Source: Acidimicrobiales bacterium
Lineage (GTDB): Bacteria > Actinomycetota > Acidimicrobiia > Acidimicrobiales > VFJN01
Length of the DNA: 64,000 nt
Reading direction: 5' to 3'
Assembly: GCA_040902805.1 (NCBI GenBank)
Contig: JBBDWQ010000019.1
Span: 65,774 to 129,773, forward strand
Below the pieces are notes generated by a model. It made no database searches. It was not told where the DNA came from and worked only from the letters and a program-made list of their open reading frames with translations. Positions within the stretch are counted from its first letter, which is position 1. Each line of letters starts with the position of its first letter. The position numbers and the translations under genes were made by a program. This document shows, one piece after another, positions 8,799-17,836 of this stretch.

Positions 8799-9311
8799 TT
8801 GACCCGCTCCGTTCTGCGGATCGGGGTGATGGAGCTCCGGCGCCGCCCTGGTACTCAGCGTGAGGTGCATCTGGCGACCCCGTTGCCTGGCCTCGCCATC
8901 ACGTCGGCCCACGTTCCCGATGACGCCGATGTGCGGGTGGACGGTGTGTTGGAGGCGATCGAGGGAGCGGTCACGATCAGTGGGACCGTCACTGCCCCCT
9001 GGGTGGGGGAGTGCCGCCGGTGCCTCGACCCCGTCAGCGATCTGATCGAGGCAACGCTCAGTGAGGTCTTCGAGACCAGTCCGGTCGAAGGCGAGACGTA
9101 CCAGCTCGACGGCGACGAGGTCGATCTCGAACGTGTCGTGCGCGACGCGGTGCTGCTCTCATTGCCGCTGGCGCCGCTGTGCCGCCCGGATTGCCCCGGT
9201 CCGGCACCCGAGACCTTCCCCGCCCGGGTGGCTGACGCCGAGCAGGACGAGGCGGCCGAGCGGTCCCCGGATCCCCGCTGGGCTGGGCTGGATGAGCTGA
9301 AGTTCGACTGA
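8799..9311 (+). CDS. YceD/DUF177 family protein (large-subunit rRNA accumulation protein)
   Basis: Carries ECRRCLDP and CRPDCPG Cys motifs and a DPRWAGLDELKF C-terminus, and lies upstream of rpmF. Start is uncertain: TTG 8799, GTG 8826 or ATG 8829. Confidence 0.8.
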   Translation: MTRSVLRIGVMELRRRPGTQREVHLATPLPGLAITSAHVPDDADVRVDGVLEAIEGAVTISGTVTAPWVGECRRCLDPVSDLIEATLSEVFETSPVEGETYQLDGDEVDLERVVRDAVLLSLPLAPLCRPDCPGPAPETFPARVADAEQDEAAERSPDPRWAGLDELKFD

Positions 9312-9413
9312 CCCGGTTCGACGGTCCCGCGGGGAGGCCGCTACGATCCACCGGCTGTGCTGCAGGCCACATCGGCCAGCGCAACCCACCCTCTCGCAAC
9401 GAGGATCACCGTC

Positions 9414-9593
9414 ATGGCTGTCCCCAAGAAGAAGACCAGCAAGGCCAAGAGCCGCAGTCGTCGTGCCAGCGCATGGCGCCTCGCTCTGCCCTCACGCAGC
9501 CTGTGCCCGCGCTGTGGCTCCACCAAGAAGCCCCACATCGTGTGTGGCAACTGTGGTTGGTACGGCGGCCGTCAGGCCATCGACGTCGATTGA
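9414..9593 (+). CDS. rpmF: 50S ribosomal protein L32
   Basis: Begins MAVPKKKTSKAKSRSRRA and has CPRCG...CGNCGWY zinc-ribbon cysteines. Confidence 0.95.
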   Translation: MAVPKKKTSKAKSRSRRASAWRLALPSRSLCPRCGSTKKPHIVCGNCGWYGGRQAIDVD

Positions 9594-9600
9594 TCCACTG

Positions 9601-10593
9601 ATGCTGCCTGTGGCGTTGGACGCTATGGGCGGGGACAAGGCGCCGGACGAGATCGTTGCCGGGGCGCATCGGGCAGTCGCTGAGCTCGGGGTTCCCGTCG
9701 CTCTTGTTGGCCAGCCTGACGTGCTCGGCTCCCTCGCCGGGGACCTCGAGATCATCCCTGCCTCCGAGGTGATCCCGATGAGCGCCGATCCTGGCGCCAG
9801 CGTGCGCCGGATGAAGGACAGCTCGCTGGTGCGCGCTGCGGAGGCGGTGCGAGACGGCAAGGCGTTCGCCATGATCTCGGCTGGCAACACGGGAGCCACG
9901 ATGGCGTCTGCGCTGTTGCGGATGGGACGGATCAAGGGCGTCTCACGACCCGCGATCGCCACGCCGATCCCAGTGCCTGGCTTCAACCCCACTGTGCTGC
10001 TCGACGCGGGGGCCAATGCCGAGTGCCAACCAGAGTGGCTGCTGCAGTTCGCGCAGATGGGCGCCGTGTTCGCACGCGATCGCTATGGGATCGCAGAGCC
10101 ACGGATCGGCTTGCTGTCGATCGGGGAAGAGGCAAGCAAGGGCACCCCGCTGGTGAAGGACACCCACGCTCTGCTCTCGGCATCGGATGCGCTCACGGCG
10201 GCGGGTGCGACCTTCATCGGCAACGTCGAGGGCCGCGATGTGATGACCGACGAGGTCGATGTGGTGGTCACGGACGGCTTCACTGGCAACGTCGTGCTCA
10301 AGACGCTCGAGGGTGGGATGCGCACCCTCGTGTCCGCCATCTTCGGTGCCTTCGGTACGAGCCCCGAGACGCAGGCAGCGGGCGAAGTGCTGATGCCGGC
10401 CCTCATGCCGCTCTATGGAACGCTCGATCCCGACAACACCGGTGGGGCCATGCTCCTTGGCGTCGACGGGCTGTGCCTCATCTCGCACGGGTCGAGCTCC
10501 GCCACAGCGATTGTGAACGCCATCCGGGTGGCCAAGGAGCTGCACGACCACGAGATCGTCGAGCGTCTCCGGGTCGCCGTGGCGCCGGCGTAG
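9601..10593 (+). CDS. plsX: Phosphate acyltransferase PlsX
   Basis: Carries MLPVALDAMGGDKAP, the VVTDGFTGNVVLK motif and ISHGSS. The rpmF-plsX linkage is conserved. Confidence 0.95.
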   Translation: MLPVALDAMGGDKAPDEIVAGAHRAVAELGVPVALVGQPDVLGSLAGDLEIIPASEVIPMSADPGASVRRMKDSSLVRAAEAVRDGKAFAMISAGNTGATMASALLRMGRIKGVSRPAIATPIPVPGFNPTVLLDAGANAECQPEWLLQFAQMGAVFARDRYGIAEPRIGLLSIGEEASKGTPLVKDTHALLSASDALTAAGATFIGNVEGRDVMTDEVDVVVTDGFTGNVVLKTLEGGMRTLVSAIFGAFGTSPETQAAGEVLMPALMPLYGTLDPDNTGGAMLLGVDGLCLISHGSSSATAIVNAIRVAKELHDHEIVERLRVAVAPA

Positions 10594-10758
10594 CCAGCCC
10601 CGTCGGAGCAGCCAGCTCACCGTTGCTCCCGTCGTTTGGGATCTTCACTCGTGCACAAGCGCACAAAGTCTCGGCGACGGTATGCTCCCGGACGCCCTAG
10701 ACCGCCGCGTGCAGGAGTGACCGTGCCCGCCGAGACCCACGTCGAACGAGGACAACCC

Positions 10759-11013
10759 ATGGACCGCCAGCAGGTGTTCGAGCTCATCCGTGACCGACTG
10801 GCCGACATCCTGGAGGTTGAGCCGGGCACGATCGTCGAGGGCGCGAGCTTTGCCGACGATCTCGAGGCCGACTCCCTCGCCCTCATCGAGCTGGTCGAAG
10901 CTCTGGAGGAGGAGCTCAGCGAGCGCTCAGTCGGGTTTCGCATCGACGACGAAGACCTCGAAGACCTGAAGACGGTGCGCGATGCCGTCGACTACGTCGT
11001 CGGCCGACTGTAG
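10759..11013 (+). CDS. acpP: Acyl carrier protein
   Basis: 84 aa with a DLEADSLALIELV phosphopantetheine-attachment Ser (DSL). GAGGA lies 7 nt upstream of ATG 10759. Confidence 0.85.
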   Translation: MDRQQVFELIRDRLADILEVEPGTIVEGASFADDLEADSLALIELVEALEEELSERSVGFRIDDEDLEDLKTVRDAVDYVVGRL

Positions 11014-11106
11014 AAGGCCGTCATCGCCCTCCCGGTACCCGGCCTGCCACGCCTGATCGAGCGCCTCCGACTCGACCTTGATCCTGCGCTTCTCGCGCCT
11101 GCGCTC

Positions 11107-11757
11107 GTGCACAGCTCCTGGTGCGCGGAGCACGCCGGCCATCCCTCCAATGAGCGCCTGGAGTTCCTCGGCGACTCCGTGCTCGGCGTGGTGATCACCG
11201 ATCACGTGTATCGCACCCACCACGATCTCCCCGAGGGTGACCTCACCGAGATCCGAAAGACCGTGGTGAACTCGGTTGCCCTTGCTGAGGTCGCTGAGGA
11301 GCTCGGCGTCGGACAGCACTTGCTGCTGGGCAAGGGCGAGGAGCTCTCCGGCGGGCGCGAGAAGCCGTCGATCCTGGCGGACGCCATGGAGGCGATCATC
11401 GGTGCCGTCTACCTCGCCCAGGGCCTCGAGGGCGCCGCCAGCCTGGTGCTGGGGATCCTCGGCCCCCGGCTTGCCACTGCGCAGGAGGACGGGGCCGACC
11501 ACAAGAGCCGCCTCCAGGAGCTCGCCGCCCGCGATCTTGCCAGCGCACCTCGCTACGAGGTGGAGGCCACCGGCCCCGACCACGCACGCACGTTTCACGT
11601 CACCGTCACCATCGACGGGGAGCCCCACGGCACCGGGGTCGGCCGCTCGAAGAAGCAGGCCGAGCAGAACGCCGCTCGTAGCGCCATCGACGCACTGTCC
11701 GACACCAACGACGGCAGCGATGTCGACGACACCCTGAGGGAGATCCACCATGGCTGA
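11107..11757 (+). CDS. rnc: Ribonuclease III
   Basis: Carries the NERLEFLGDSVLG signature, EAIIGAVYL and a C-terminal dsRBD (KSRLQELA...GVGRSKKQAEQNAA). The first canonical start is GTG 11107, but homology appears to extend upstream (see finding). Confidence 0.9.
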   Translation: MHSSWCAEHAGHPSNERLEFLGDSVLGVVITDHVYRTHHDLPEGDLTEIRKTVVNSVALAEVAEELGVGQHLLLGKGEELSGGREKPSILADAMEAIIGAVYLAQGLEGAASLVLGILGPRLATAQEDGADHKSRLQELAARDLASAPRYEVEATGPDHARTFHVTVTIDGEPHGTGVGRSKKQAEQNAARSAIDALSDTNDGSDVDDTLREIHHG

Positions 11758-12586
11758 GCTGCCCGAGCTGGAGACGGTTCGCCGGGAGCTGGAGAAGGAG
11801 GCCGTGGGCAAGCGATTCAAGGTCCCTGAGGTCACCGGCGCCAAGGTCGTGCGTCACAACGGCAACAAGAAGGTGTTCCAAGCCCGTCTCGAGGGGGCCA
11901 AGGTCAAGTCGGTCGACCGCAAGGGTCGGCTTCTCGTCGGCAACCTCGACAACGGGGAGCTGTTGGTCATCGACCTCGGCGAAGGCGGCCGACTCGAGAA
12001 GTTCGCGCCCAAGGATCCGCCCGCCAAGCACACCTTCGTGGTGTTCTCGTTCACGCAGGGCGGGCAGATCAGGCTCGTGGATCCGTCTGGCACCGCGCAG
12101 GTCTTCGTCGTGGCCAACGACGCGCTGGCCGACGAGGTTCCCTCGGTCGCCTCCGCTGGGCTCGACCCCGTGGCCGACACGGTGTCATGGACGTCGTTCG
12201 CCCGTCTGATCCTCAGCAAGAACGTGAAGCTGAAGGCGCTCCTGATGGACCCCACCGTCGTCGCCGCCATCGGGCCCATCTACAGCGACGAGATCCTCTG
12301 GGAAGCCGGGTTGCGCCATGACCGCATCTCCAGCGAGCTGTCCAGCCAGGAGATTCGCCGGCTGTTCCGGGCCCTCGTGGAGACCCTGCACGATGCCGTC
12401 AAGCACCGCGGCAGCACGGTCGACGAGTTCCCGTTCGTGGACCTCTATGGCAAGCCCGGGGACCACCAAGATGAGCTGAGGGTGTTCGGACGGGAAGGGG
12501 AGCCGTGCCGCAGATGCCGGGCTCCGATTGCCAAGGCCCGGTACGCCAACCGGCCCCTCTACTACTGCGAGGAATGTCAGGTCTGA
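11750..12586 (+). CDS. Fpg/Nei-family protein (formamidopyrimidine-DNA glycosylase homologue with substituted catalytic residues)
   Basis: The N-terminus MAELPELETVRREL aligns to the canonical MPELPEVETVRRGL. It has an H2TH region (LLMDPTVVAAIGPIYSDEILW) and a C-terminal CxxC-x16-CxxC zinc finger. It is syntenic with fpg next to rnc. Confidence 0.85.
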   Translation: MAELPELETVRRELEKEAVGKRFKVPEVTGAKVVRHNGNKKVFQARLEGAKVKSVDRKGRLLVGNLDNGELLVIDLGEGGRLEKFAPKDPPAKHTFVVFSFTQGGQIRLVDPSGTAQVFVVANDALADEVPSVASAGLDPVADTVSWTSFARLILSKNVKLKALLMDPTVVAAIGPIYSDEILWEAGLRHDRISSELSSQEIRRLFRALVETLHDAVKHRGSTVDEFPFVDLYGKPGDHQDELRVFGREGEPCRRCRAPIAKARYANRPLYYCEECQV

Positions 12587-12604
12587 GGGTGCTCAGACCC
12601 TCAG
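12583..12604 (+). terminator. Hairpin overlapping the fpg stop codon (8-bp stem CTGAGGGT/ACCCTCAG, 6-nt loop)
   Basis: A perfect inverted repeat is read directly from the sequence. It has no U-tract. Confidence 0.35.
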
Positions 12605-12630
12605 CGCGCGACCACTAGGTTCGGGTCCGG

Positions 12631-15600
12631 ATGTTCCTCAAGACCCTCACCCTGAAGGGCTTCAAGTCCTTCGCCGACACCACCGCCCTCGAGCTCGAAC
12701 CCGGCGTCACCGTCGTCGTCGGACCGAACGGGTCGGGCAAGTCCAACGTCGTCGACGCCATCGGCTGGGTGCTCGGCGCGCAGGCCCCCTCAGCGGTGCG
12801 CTCCCAGAAGATGGACGACGTCATCTTCGCGGGCACGTCCAAGCGCCCCGCCCTCGGCCGGGCCGAGGTGTCGCTCACGATCGACAACTCGGCAGGGTTG
12901 CTGCCGATCGACTTCACCGAGGTCACGATCACCCGCACCCTTTTCCGCACCGGCGACAGCGAGTACGCCATCAACGGTGTGCCGTGCCGACTGCTCGACA
13001 TCCAGGATCTGCTCTCCGACACGGGGGTGGGCCGCCAACAGCACGTGATCGTGAGCCAAGGCCAGATCGACGGGGTGCTCAACGCCCGCCCGGAGGATCG
13101 TCGGCTCATCCTCGAAGAGGCGGCAGGCGTCCTGAAGTACCGCAAGCGCAAGGAGAAGGCGGAGCGCCGTCTTGCTGCCACGGAGGGCAACCTCACCCGT
13201 CTCGGGGATCTGCTGCGCGAGGTCCGTCGCCAGCTCCGCCCGCTCGAGCGGCAGGCTGACGCGGCTCGCCGGCACGGAGACGTCGTGGCCGAGCTGCGAG
13301 CGCTGCAGGTGTTCCTTGCGGGCCGCGAGCTCACGACGCTCAAGCGGCGTCTCAGTGATGGCGGCGCCGCACGAGCAGAGCTTGCAAACGAGGAGACACT
13401 CATCCGCAAGACCCTCGCCGAGCTCGACTCGGCAGTGCTCGTCGCTGAGTCGGAGCTCGGCACCATCGGCGGCGATGACCTTGGCGACGCCTTGGTGCGC
13501 TTCGAGTCGCTTCGGGAGAAGGCCCGTGGTCTCGCGGCGGTGCTCACCGAACGCCGCCGGGGCATCGATCGAGAGCGAGGAGCCTTCGTCGACCAGGCCG
13601 TGATCGCGTCGCTCGAGGCGGAGGCGTCCCGACTCGGCGCGGACCTGGCTGAGGCGGACGCGGAGGCCGAGCTGCTGGCCCCGCGCGCCGAGGAGCTGGC
13701 CCGAGCCGAAGGTGCCCTGGCCGAGGCCCGCACCACGTACGAGCAGCAGTGGTCAGAGGGCGTGCCCGCGCCGACAGGGCGGGCCGCGGAGGCTCGTGGC
13801 GAGCTGGCTGCGCTGCGCGCCGGGGTCGAGCGGGGGGAGGCAGAGGTCGGTCGCTCTCGAGCGCGCCTCGGGGTGCTCGACGAGAAGGTCGAACGGCTCA
13901 CGGCCGAAGCCGAGCGCCTGCGAGGCGAAGCCGCAGACGCCGAGCAGGCTGAAGGCCCCCTCGTCGAGCGCCTGCAGGCCGCAGAAGCGGCGCGGAGTGA
14001 GGCCGAGGGACAGGTCGGGGATGCTGAGGAAGCACTGCGAACCGCCGACGCCGATCGTCACGCATGGACGGCACGCGCTGAGGCGTTGAGCCTGGCCCTC
14101 GATGAAGCGCGCTCACGCGCTGGCGCCGAGCGTCTCACGGCGGTGGCAGGCGTCGTCGGCACGCTGCTCGACCTCGTGCAGATCGATGACGGCTGGGAGA
14201 CTGCAGTCGAGGCCGCCGCCGGCGAGGCGCTCGCCGCTGTTGTGGTGGACGGCGTCGACGCGGCGCGCTCAGCAATCGCGGCTCTGCACGACGGTGACGA
14301 CACGGTGGGCGGAGCCGTCCTCGCGCTGGGCGCCACACGCACCGGTCCGGCAGCGCCGCCGATCGGCGAGCCCGTCCGCAAGCACGTCCGTGCGTCGCGT
14401 CCTGATGTCGAAGCGCTCCTCGATGCGCTCCTGGGCTCGGCCGTGGTGGTGGACGGTGGCTGGTCGGCGGCTGTCGACGCCGCGCTGGCCCACCCGGATG
14501 CCGTCGTGGTCACTCGCACGGGCGGTCGCTTCGGGCTGACCGGTTGGCGAGTCGGCACCGCGTCCACCGGCGCCACGGGCGCAGCGCTCGACGAAGCTCG
14601 GGAGCGCGCCGACGGGGCGACCACACTGGCCAACCACGCCGAGTCGAGCCTGCGCGGTGCTCGATCGCTCCTCGACGAGGCCCGCCAGGTCGAGGCCGCG
14701 CTGGCCCGCCAGCTCGACGAGCACGACGGCCGACTCTCTGCGGCCACCGATGGCCTGCGCCGTGTCGACGCCGATCACCGAGACGCCACCACAGAGGCCG
14801 AGGGCCTGCGTGGGCACGCGGACGAGATCGCCGAGCGACTCGCACGGGAGCAGGCGCGTGTCGCAGAGCTCGAGCTCACCCTGCCGTTGCTCGAAGCCGA
14901 AGAGGTCGATGCGGCGGAACGGTCCCGCGCCATGGCCGACGCCAAGGCTCACCTCGACGAGCGGGCTGCTGCGGTGGGGTCGCTGCGCACCGACCTCGAG
15001 GTGCAAGGCGCCGGGCTCGAGGAGCGGCGTCAGATGCTTCGCCGCCGCCAGGCCGAGGTGGAGGCCCGTCTCGAGGGGTCGATGGAGGCGCGGCGCGGCG
15101 CCGAGGAGCGTCGGATCGAGCTCGACGGGAAACAGGCGGCGGTCGATCGACTCGGAGCACTAGTCGCCGATCGGCTGGCGACCGTGGAGGGCGAGCTCGC
15201 TGACCTTCGTGAACGCCGCCGCCGTCAGAGCGAAAGCCAGCGCGCCGCCGCGACACGGCTCGATGGCCTGCGGCGCGAGCGTGTGGAGTCGGAGCGCAAG
15301 CTCGAGGAGACACGAGAGCGGGCTCGACGTGCCGAGCTCGACGAGGCAGAGGTGAAGCTTCGGCTCGAATCGGCGGTGGAGTCGCTCCGCCGCGATCTCG
15401 ACATCGACCCGGACGCGGCGATGTCGACCGAGCTTCCCGAGATCGCCGAGGGCACCACGCCCACAGCTCGCGTGCGCGAGCTCGAGCGCGACCTCCGCCT
15501 GATGGGTCCCATCAACCCGCTGGCGCTCGAGGAGTACAACGCCCTCCAGGAGCGGCATGAGTTCCTTGAGGCGCAGCTAGAGGACGTGAAGTCGTCGCGG

Positions 15601-16107
15601 CGAGATCTCAGCAAGGTGATCCGCGCCATCGACGCCGAGATCGTCAACGTGTTCGCGGGCGCGTTCGCGGATGTGTCCCAGAACTTCGAGCATCTCTTCC
15701 AAACGCTGTTCCCGGGTGGCACAGGTCGCCTGCGGCTCACCGAACCCGACAACCTGCTCGAGACGGGCATCGAGGTCGAGGCCAAGCCCAGCGGCAAGAA
15801 CGTTCGCAAGCTCTCGCTGCTCTCCGGTGGCGAGCGGTCGCTCACCGCGCTGGCGTTCCTGTTCGCCGTGTTCCGCAGCCGGCCGTCGCCCTTCTACGTG
15901 ATGGATGAGGTCGAGGCTGCCCTGGATGACATGAACCTGCACAGGTTCCTGGATCTCGTTCATGAGTTCCGCCAGGAGGCGCAGCTCATCATCGTGAGCC
16001 ACCAGAAGCGCACGATGGAGGCCGCCGACATCCTCTACGGCGTCACCATGGAGCCTGGTGGTTCCAGCAAGGTCGTCAGCGAGAAGGTCACCAGCTTCAC
16101 GGGTTGA
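12631..16107 (+). CDS. smc: Chromosome segregation protein SMC
   Basis: Has Walker A GPNGSGKSN, long coiled-coil arms, a hinge, the signature LSGGERSL and Walker B FYVMDEVEAALD. Confidence 0.95.
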   Translation: MFLKTLTLKGFKSFADTTALELEPGVTVVVGPNGSGKSNVVDAIGWVLGAQAPSAVRSQKMDDVIFAGTSKRPALGRAEVSLTIDNSAGLLPIDFTEVTITRTLFRTGDSEYAINGVPCRLLDIQDLLSDTGVGRQQHVIVSQGQIDGVLNARPEDRRLILEEAAGVLKYRKRKEKAERRLAATEGNLTRLGDLLREVRRQLRPLERQADAARRHGDVVAELRALQVFLAGRELTTLKRRLSDGGAARAELANEETLIRKTLAELDSAVLVAESELGTIGGDDLGDALVRFESLREKARGLAAVLTERRRGIDRERGAFVDQAVIASLEAEASRLGADLAEADAEAELLAPRAEELARAEGALAEARTTYEQQWSEGVPAPTGRAAEARGELAALRAGVERGEAEVGRSRARLGVLDEKVERLTAEAERLRGEAADAEQAEGPLVERLQAAEAARSEAEGQVGDAEEALRTADADRHAWTARAEALSLALDEARSRAGAERLTAVAGVVGTLLDLVQIDDGWETAVEAAAGEALAAVVVDGVDAARSAIAALHDGDDTVGGAVLALGATRTGPAAPPIGEPVRKHVRASRPDVEALLDALLGSAVVVDGGWSAAVDAALAHPDAVVVTRTGGRFGLTGWRVGTASTGATGAALDEARERADGATTLANHAESSLRGARSLLDEARQVEAALARQLDEHDGRLSAATDGLRRVDADHRDATTEAEGLRGHADEIAERLAREQARVAELELTLPLLEAEEVDAAERSRAMADAKAHLDERAAAVGSLRTDLEVQGAGLEERRQMLRRRQAEVEARLEGSMEARRGAEERRIELDGKQAAVDRLGALVADRLATVEGELADLRERRRRQSESQRAAATRLDGLRRERVESERKLEETRERARRAELDEAEVKLRLESAVESLRRDLDIDPDAAMSTELPEIAEGTTPTARVRELERDLRLMGPINPLALEEYNALQERHEFLEAQLEDVKSSRRDLSKVIRAIDAEIVNVFAGAFADVSQNFEHLFQTLFPGGTGRLRLTEPDNLLETGIEVEAKPSGKNVRKLSLLSGGERSLTALAFLFAVFRSRPSPFYVMDEVEAALDDMNLHRFLDLVHEFRQEAQLIIVSHQKRTMEAADILYGVTMEPGGSSKVVSEKVTSFTG

Positions 16108-16153
16108 GCAGGGTTAGGCGCTCACAGCGGCTCCCTCTACGCTGCCAAGCGCC

Positions 16154-17293
16154 ATGGAACCGCTCCTGATCCTCCTGCTCGTCCTTCTCGTCGTTGCCGC
16201 CATCGGAGGCGTCGCCTTCGTCGCAACCCGGCGGGGCGCCGAGTCGACACTCGAGCCGCCCGTTGAGACGCTGGAGGAGACTGCGGCTGACACCGCGGTC
16301 GCGCCCGAGCCGGTCGTCGAGCTGGAGCAGGACCTCACCCCACAGCCGGCCGTCCAGGTCGAGGAGCCCCTCGCCGAGCCACATGCGGAGAAGCCGAAGC
16401 TGCGAGATCGCCTCGTACGGGCTCGTTCGACGATCTCGGGCTACGTCGGCTCGGTCCTGTCACGCGAGAAGATCGACGGTGAGACGTGGGACGAGCTCGA
16501 GGAGGCGTTGATCCTTGCGGATGTCGGCGTCGCGACGACAACGGACATCCTGAACCGCTTGCGAGCGACGGTTGACCTCGTCGGCATCACCGAGCCCAGC
16601 GCGTTGCTCGATGCGCTCAAGGAGCAGCTCAAGGTCGATCTCAGCTCCGGTGACCGCTCGCTGCGCTACGAGCCGGGTGCCCCCAACGTCTGGTTGTTCG
16701 TCGGAGTGAACGGCGTCGGGAAGACGACCACGATCGGCAAGGTCGGCAAGCAGCAGGCTGATGCGGGTCGTTCGATCGTCATGGCTGCTGGCGATACGTT
16801 CCGCGCCGCTGCAGCTGAGCAGCTGGCGACGTGGGCCGAGCGTTCCGGGGCGGACTTGGTGCGCGGCGCGGAGGGAGGCGATCCGAGCTCGATCATCTTC
16901 GATGCGGTGCAGCGCGCAGCCGCGCGGGGAACCGACCTCGTGCTGGCCGATACCGCAGGCCGACTGCACACGAAGGTCAACCTCATGGAGGAGCTGAGCA
17001 AGGTACGTCGGGTCGCCGACCGTGAACCGGGCAAGGTGACCGAGGTGCTTCTCGTCCTCGACGCCACCACCGGGCAGAACGGCCTGGTACAGGCCCGGCA
17101 GTTCACCGATGCCGTCGAGCTGACCGGAGTCGTGCTGACAAAGCTCGACGGATCGGCGAAGGGCGGCATCGCCATGGCGATCCAGTCGACACTCGGGATC
17201 CCCATCAAGCTGGTGGGCCTCGGAGAGAGCGTGGACGACTTGATCGAGTTCGATCCGGACGAGTTCGTCGACGCGCTGTTCGCCGAGGGCTGA
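16154..17293 (+). CDS. ftsY: Signal recognition particle receptor FtsY
   Basis: Has an N-terminal TM segment plus acidic region, and an NG domain with GVNGVGKTTT, DTAGR and TKLDGSAKGG. Confidence 0.95.
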   Translation: MEPLLILLLVLLVVAAIGGVAFVATRRGAESTLEPPVETLEETAADTAVAPEPVVELEQDLTPQPAVQVEEPLAEPHAEKPKLRDRLVRARSTISGYVGSVLSREKIDGETWDELEEALILADVGVATTTDILNRLRATVDLVGITEPSALLDALKEQLKVDLSSGDRSLRYEPGAPNVWLFVGVNGVGKTTTIGKVGKQQADAGRSIVMAAGDTFRAAAAEQLATWAERSGADLVRGAEGGDPSSIIFDAVQRAAARGTDLVLADTAGRLHTKVNLMEELSKVRRVADREPGKVTEVLLVLDATTGQNGLVQARQFTDAVELTGVVLTKLDGSAKGGIAMAIQSTLGIPIKLVGLGESVDDLIEFDPDEFVDALFAEG

Positions 17294-17321
17294 AGCCGCC
17301 AGCCGGGTCTACGCTGGGGTC

Positions 17322-17777
17322 ATGTTCACCCTTCTCCGACTGATCTTCCTGCCCGCCAGGCTGGGCGTGGGCACGACGAAGCTCGGCGTGAAGGCGGGCT
17401 ACCACACGGGTCGGCTGCTGGGCTACCGGCGCTTGTTCGTGTTCGCTATGGGTGTTGGCGTGGGGTTGCTCATCGCTCCGATGACGGGACGCGAGGCACG
17501 AGCGAAGCTGCAGCGCCTGCTGGAGGAGCGTCGCAACGGCGGTACCACTGACGTCGCTGATCGAGTGCGCTTTGAGCTTTCGCACGCGCCGCGCACCTGG
17601 CACCTCCCACAACCCACCGTTGAGGTGCAGGGCGGCACGGCGATCCTTCGGGGGACCGTTCCGGATGAAGCGGCCCGGGTCGACCTCGAGCGCACCGCAG
17701 CCGCGGTTGCGGGCGTGGTAGCCGTCGACAACCACGTAGCCGTCGGTGGACCGTTGGGAACAAACGGACACCACTGA
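17322..17777 (+). CDS. Membrane-anchored YtxH-like/BON domain protein
   Basis: Has a hydrophobic N-terminal segment and a C-terminal BON-like pattern (VEVQGGTAILRGTVPDEAARVDLERTAAAVAGVVAVDNHV). Confidence 0.65.
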   Translation: MFTLLRLIFLPARLGVGTTKLGVKAGYHTGRLLGYRRLFVFAMGVGVGLLIAPMTGREARAKLQRLLEERRNGGTTDVADRVRFELSHAPRTWHLPQPTVEVQGGTAILRGTVPDEAARVDLERTAAAVAGVVAVDNHVAVGGPLGTNGHH

Positions 17778-17836
17778 TCGTCCCCCGCAAGGCTGACTGA
17801 GGCCCGGGAACGGGTCGCCGCTAGCATCGGTCGCTC

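Noticed and set aside
10594-10758. The 165-nt region upstream of acpP, scanned for a promoter, operator or riboswitch.
   Set aside because: I found only weak hexamer matches with wrong spacing and no convincing inverted repeat or conserved fold by eye.
12615-13901. A 428-aa minus-strand ORF antisense to smc. Similar antisense ORFs lie at 1217..2758 over recG, 17423..18685 over ffh, 34047..35498 over cdsA/dxr, 37516..39456 over ispG, and 52334..53743 and 53941..54966 over pnp.
   Set aside because: All overlap genes with strong motif support on the other strand. Their low-complexity Ser/Arg/Ala/Pro composition is expected from stop-poor antisense frames in GC-rich DNA.
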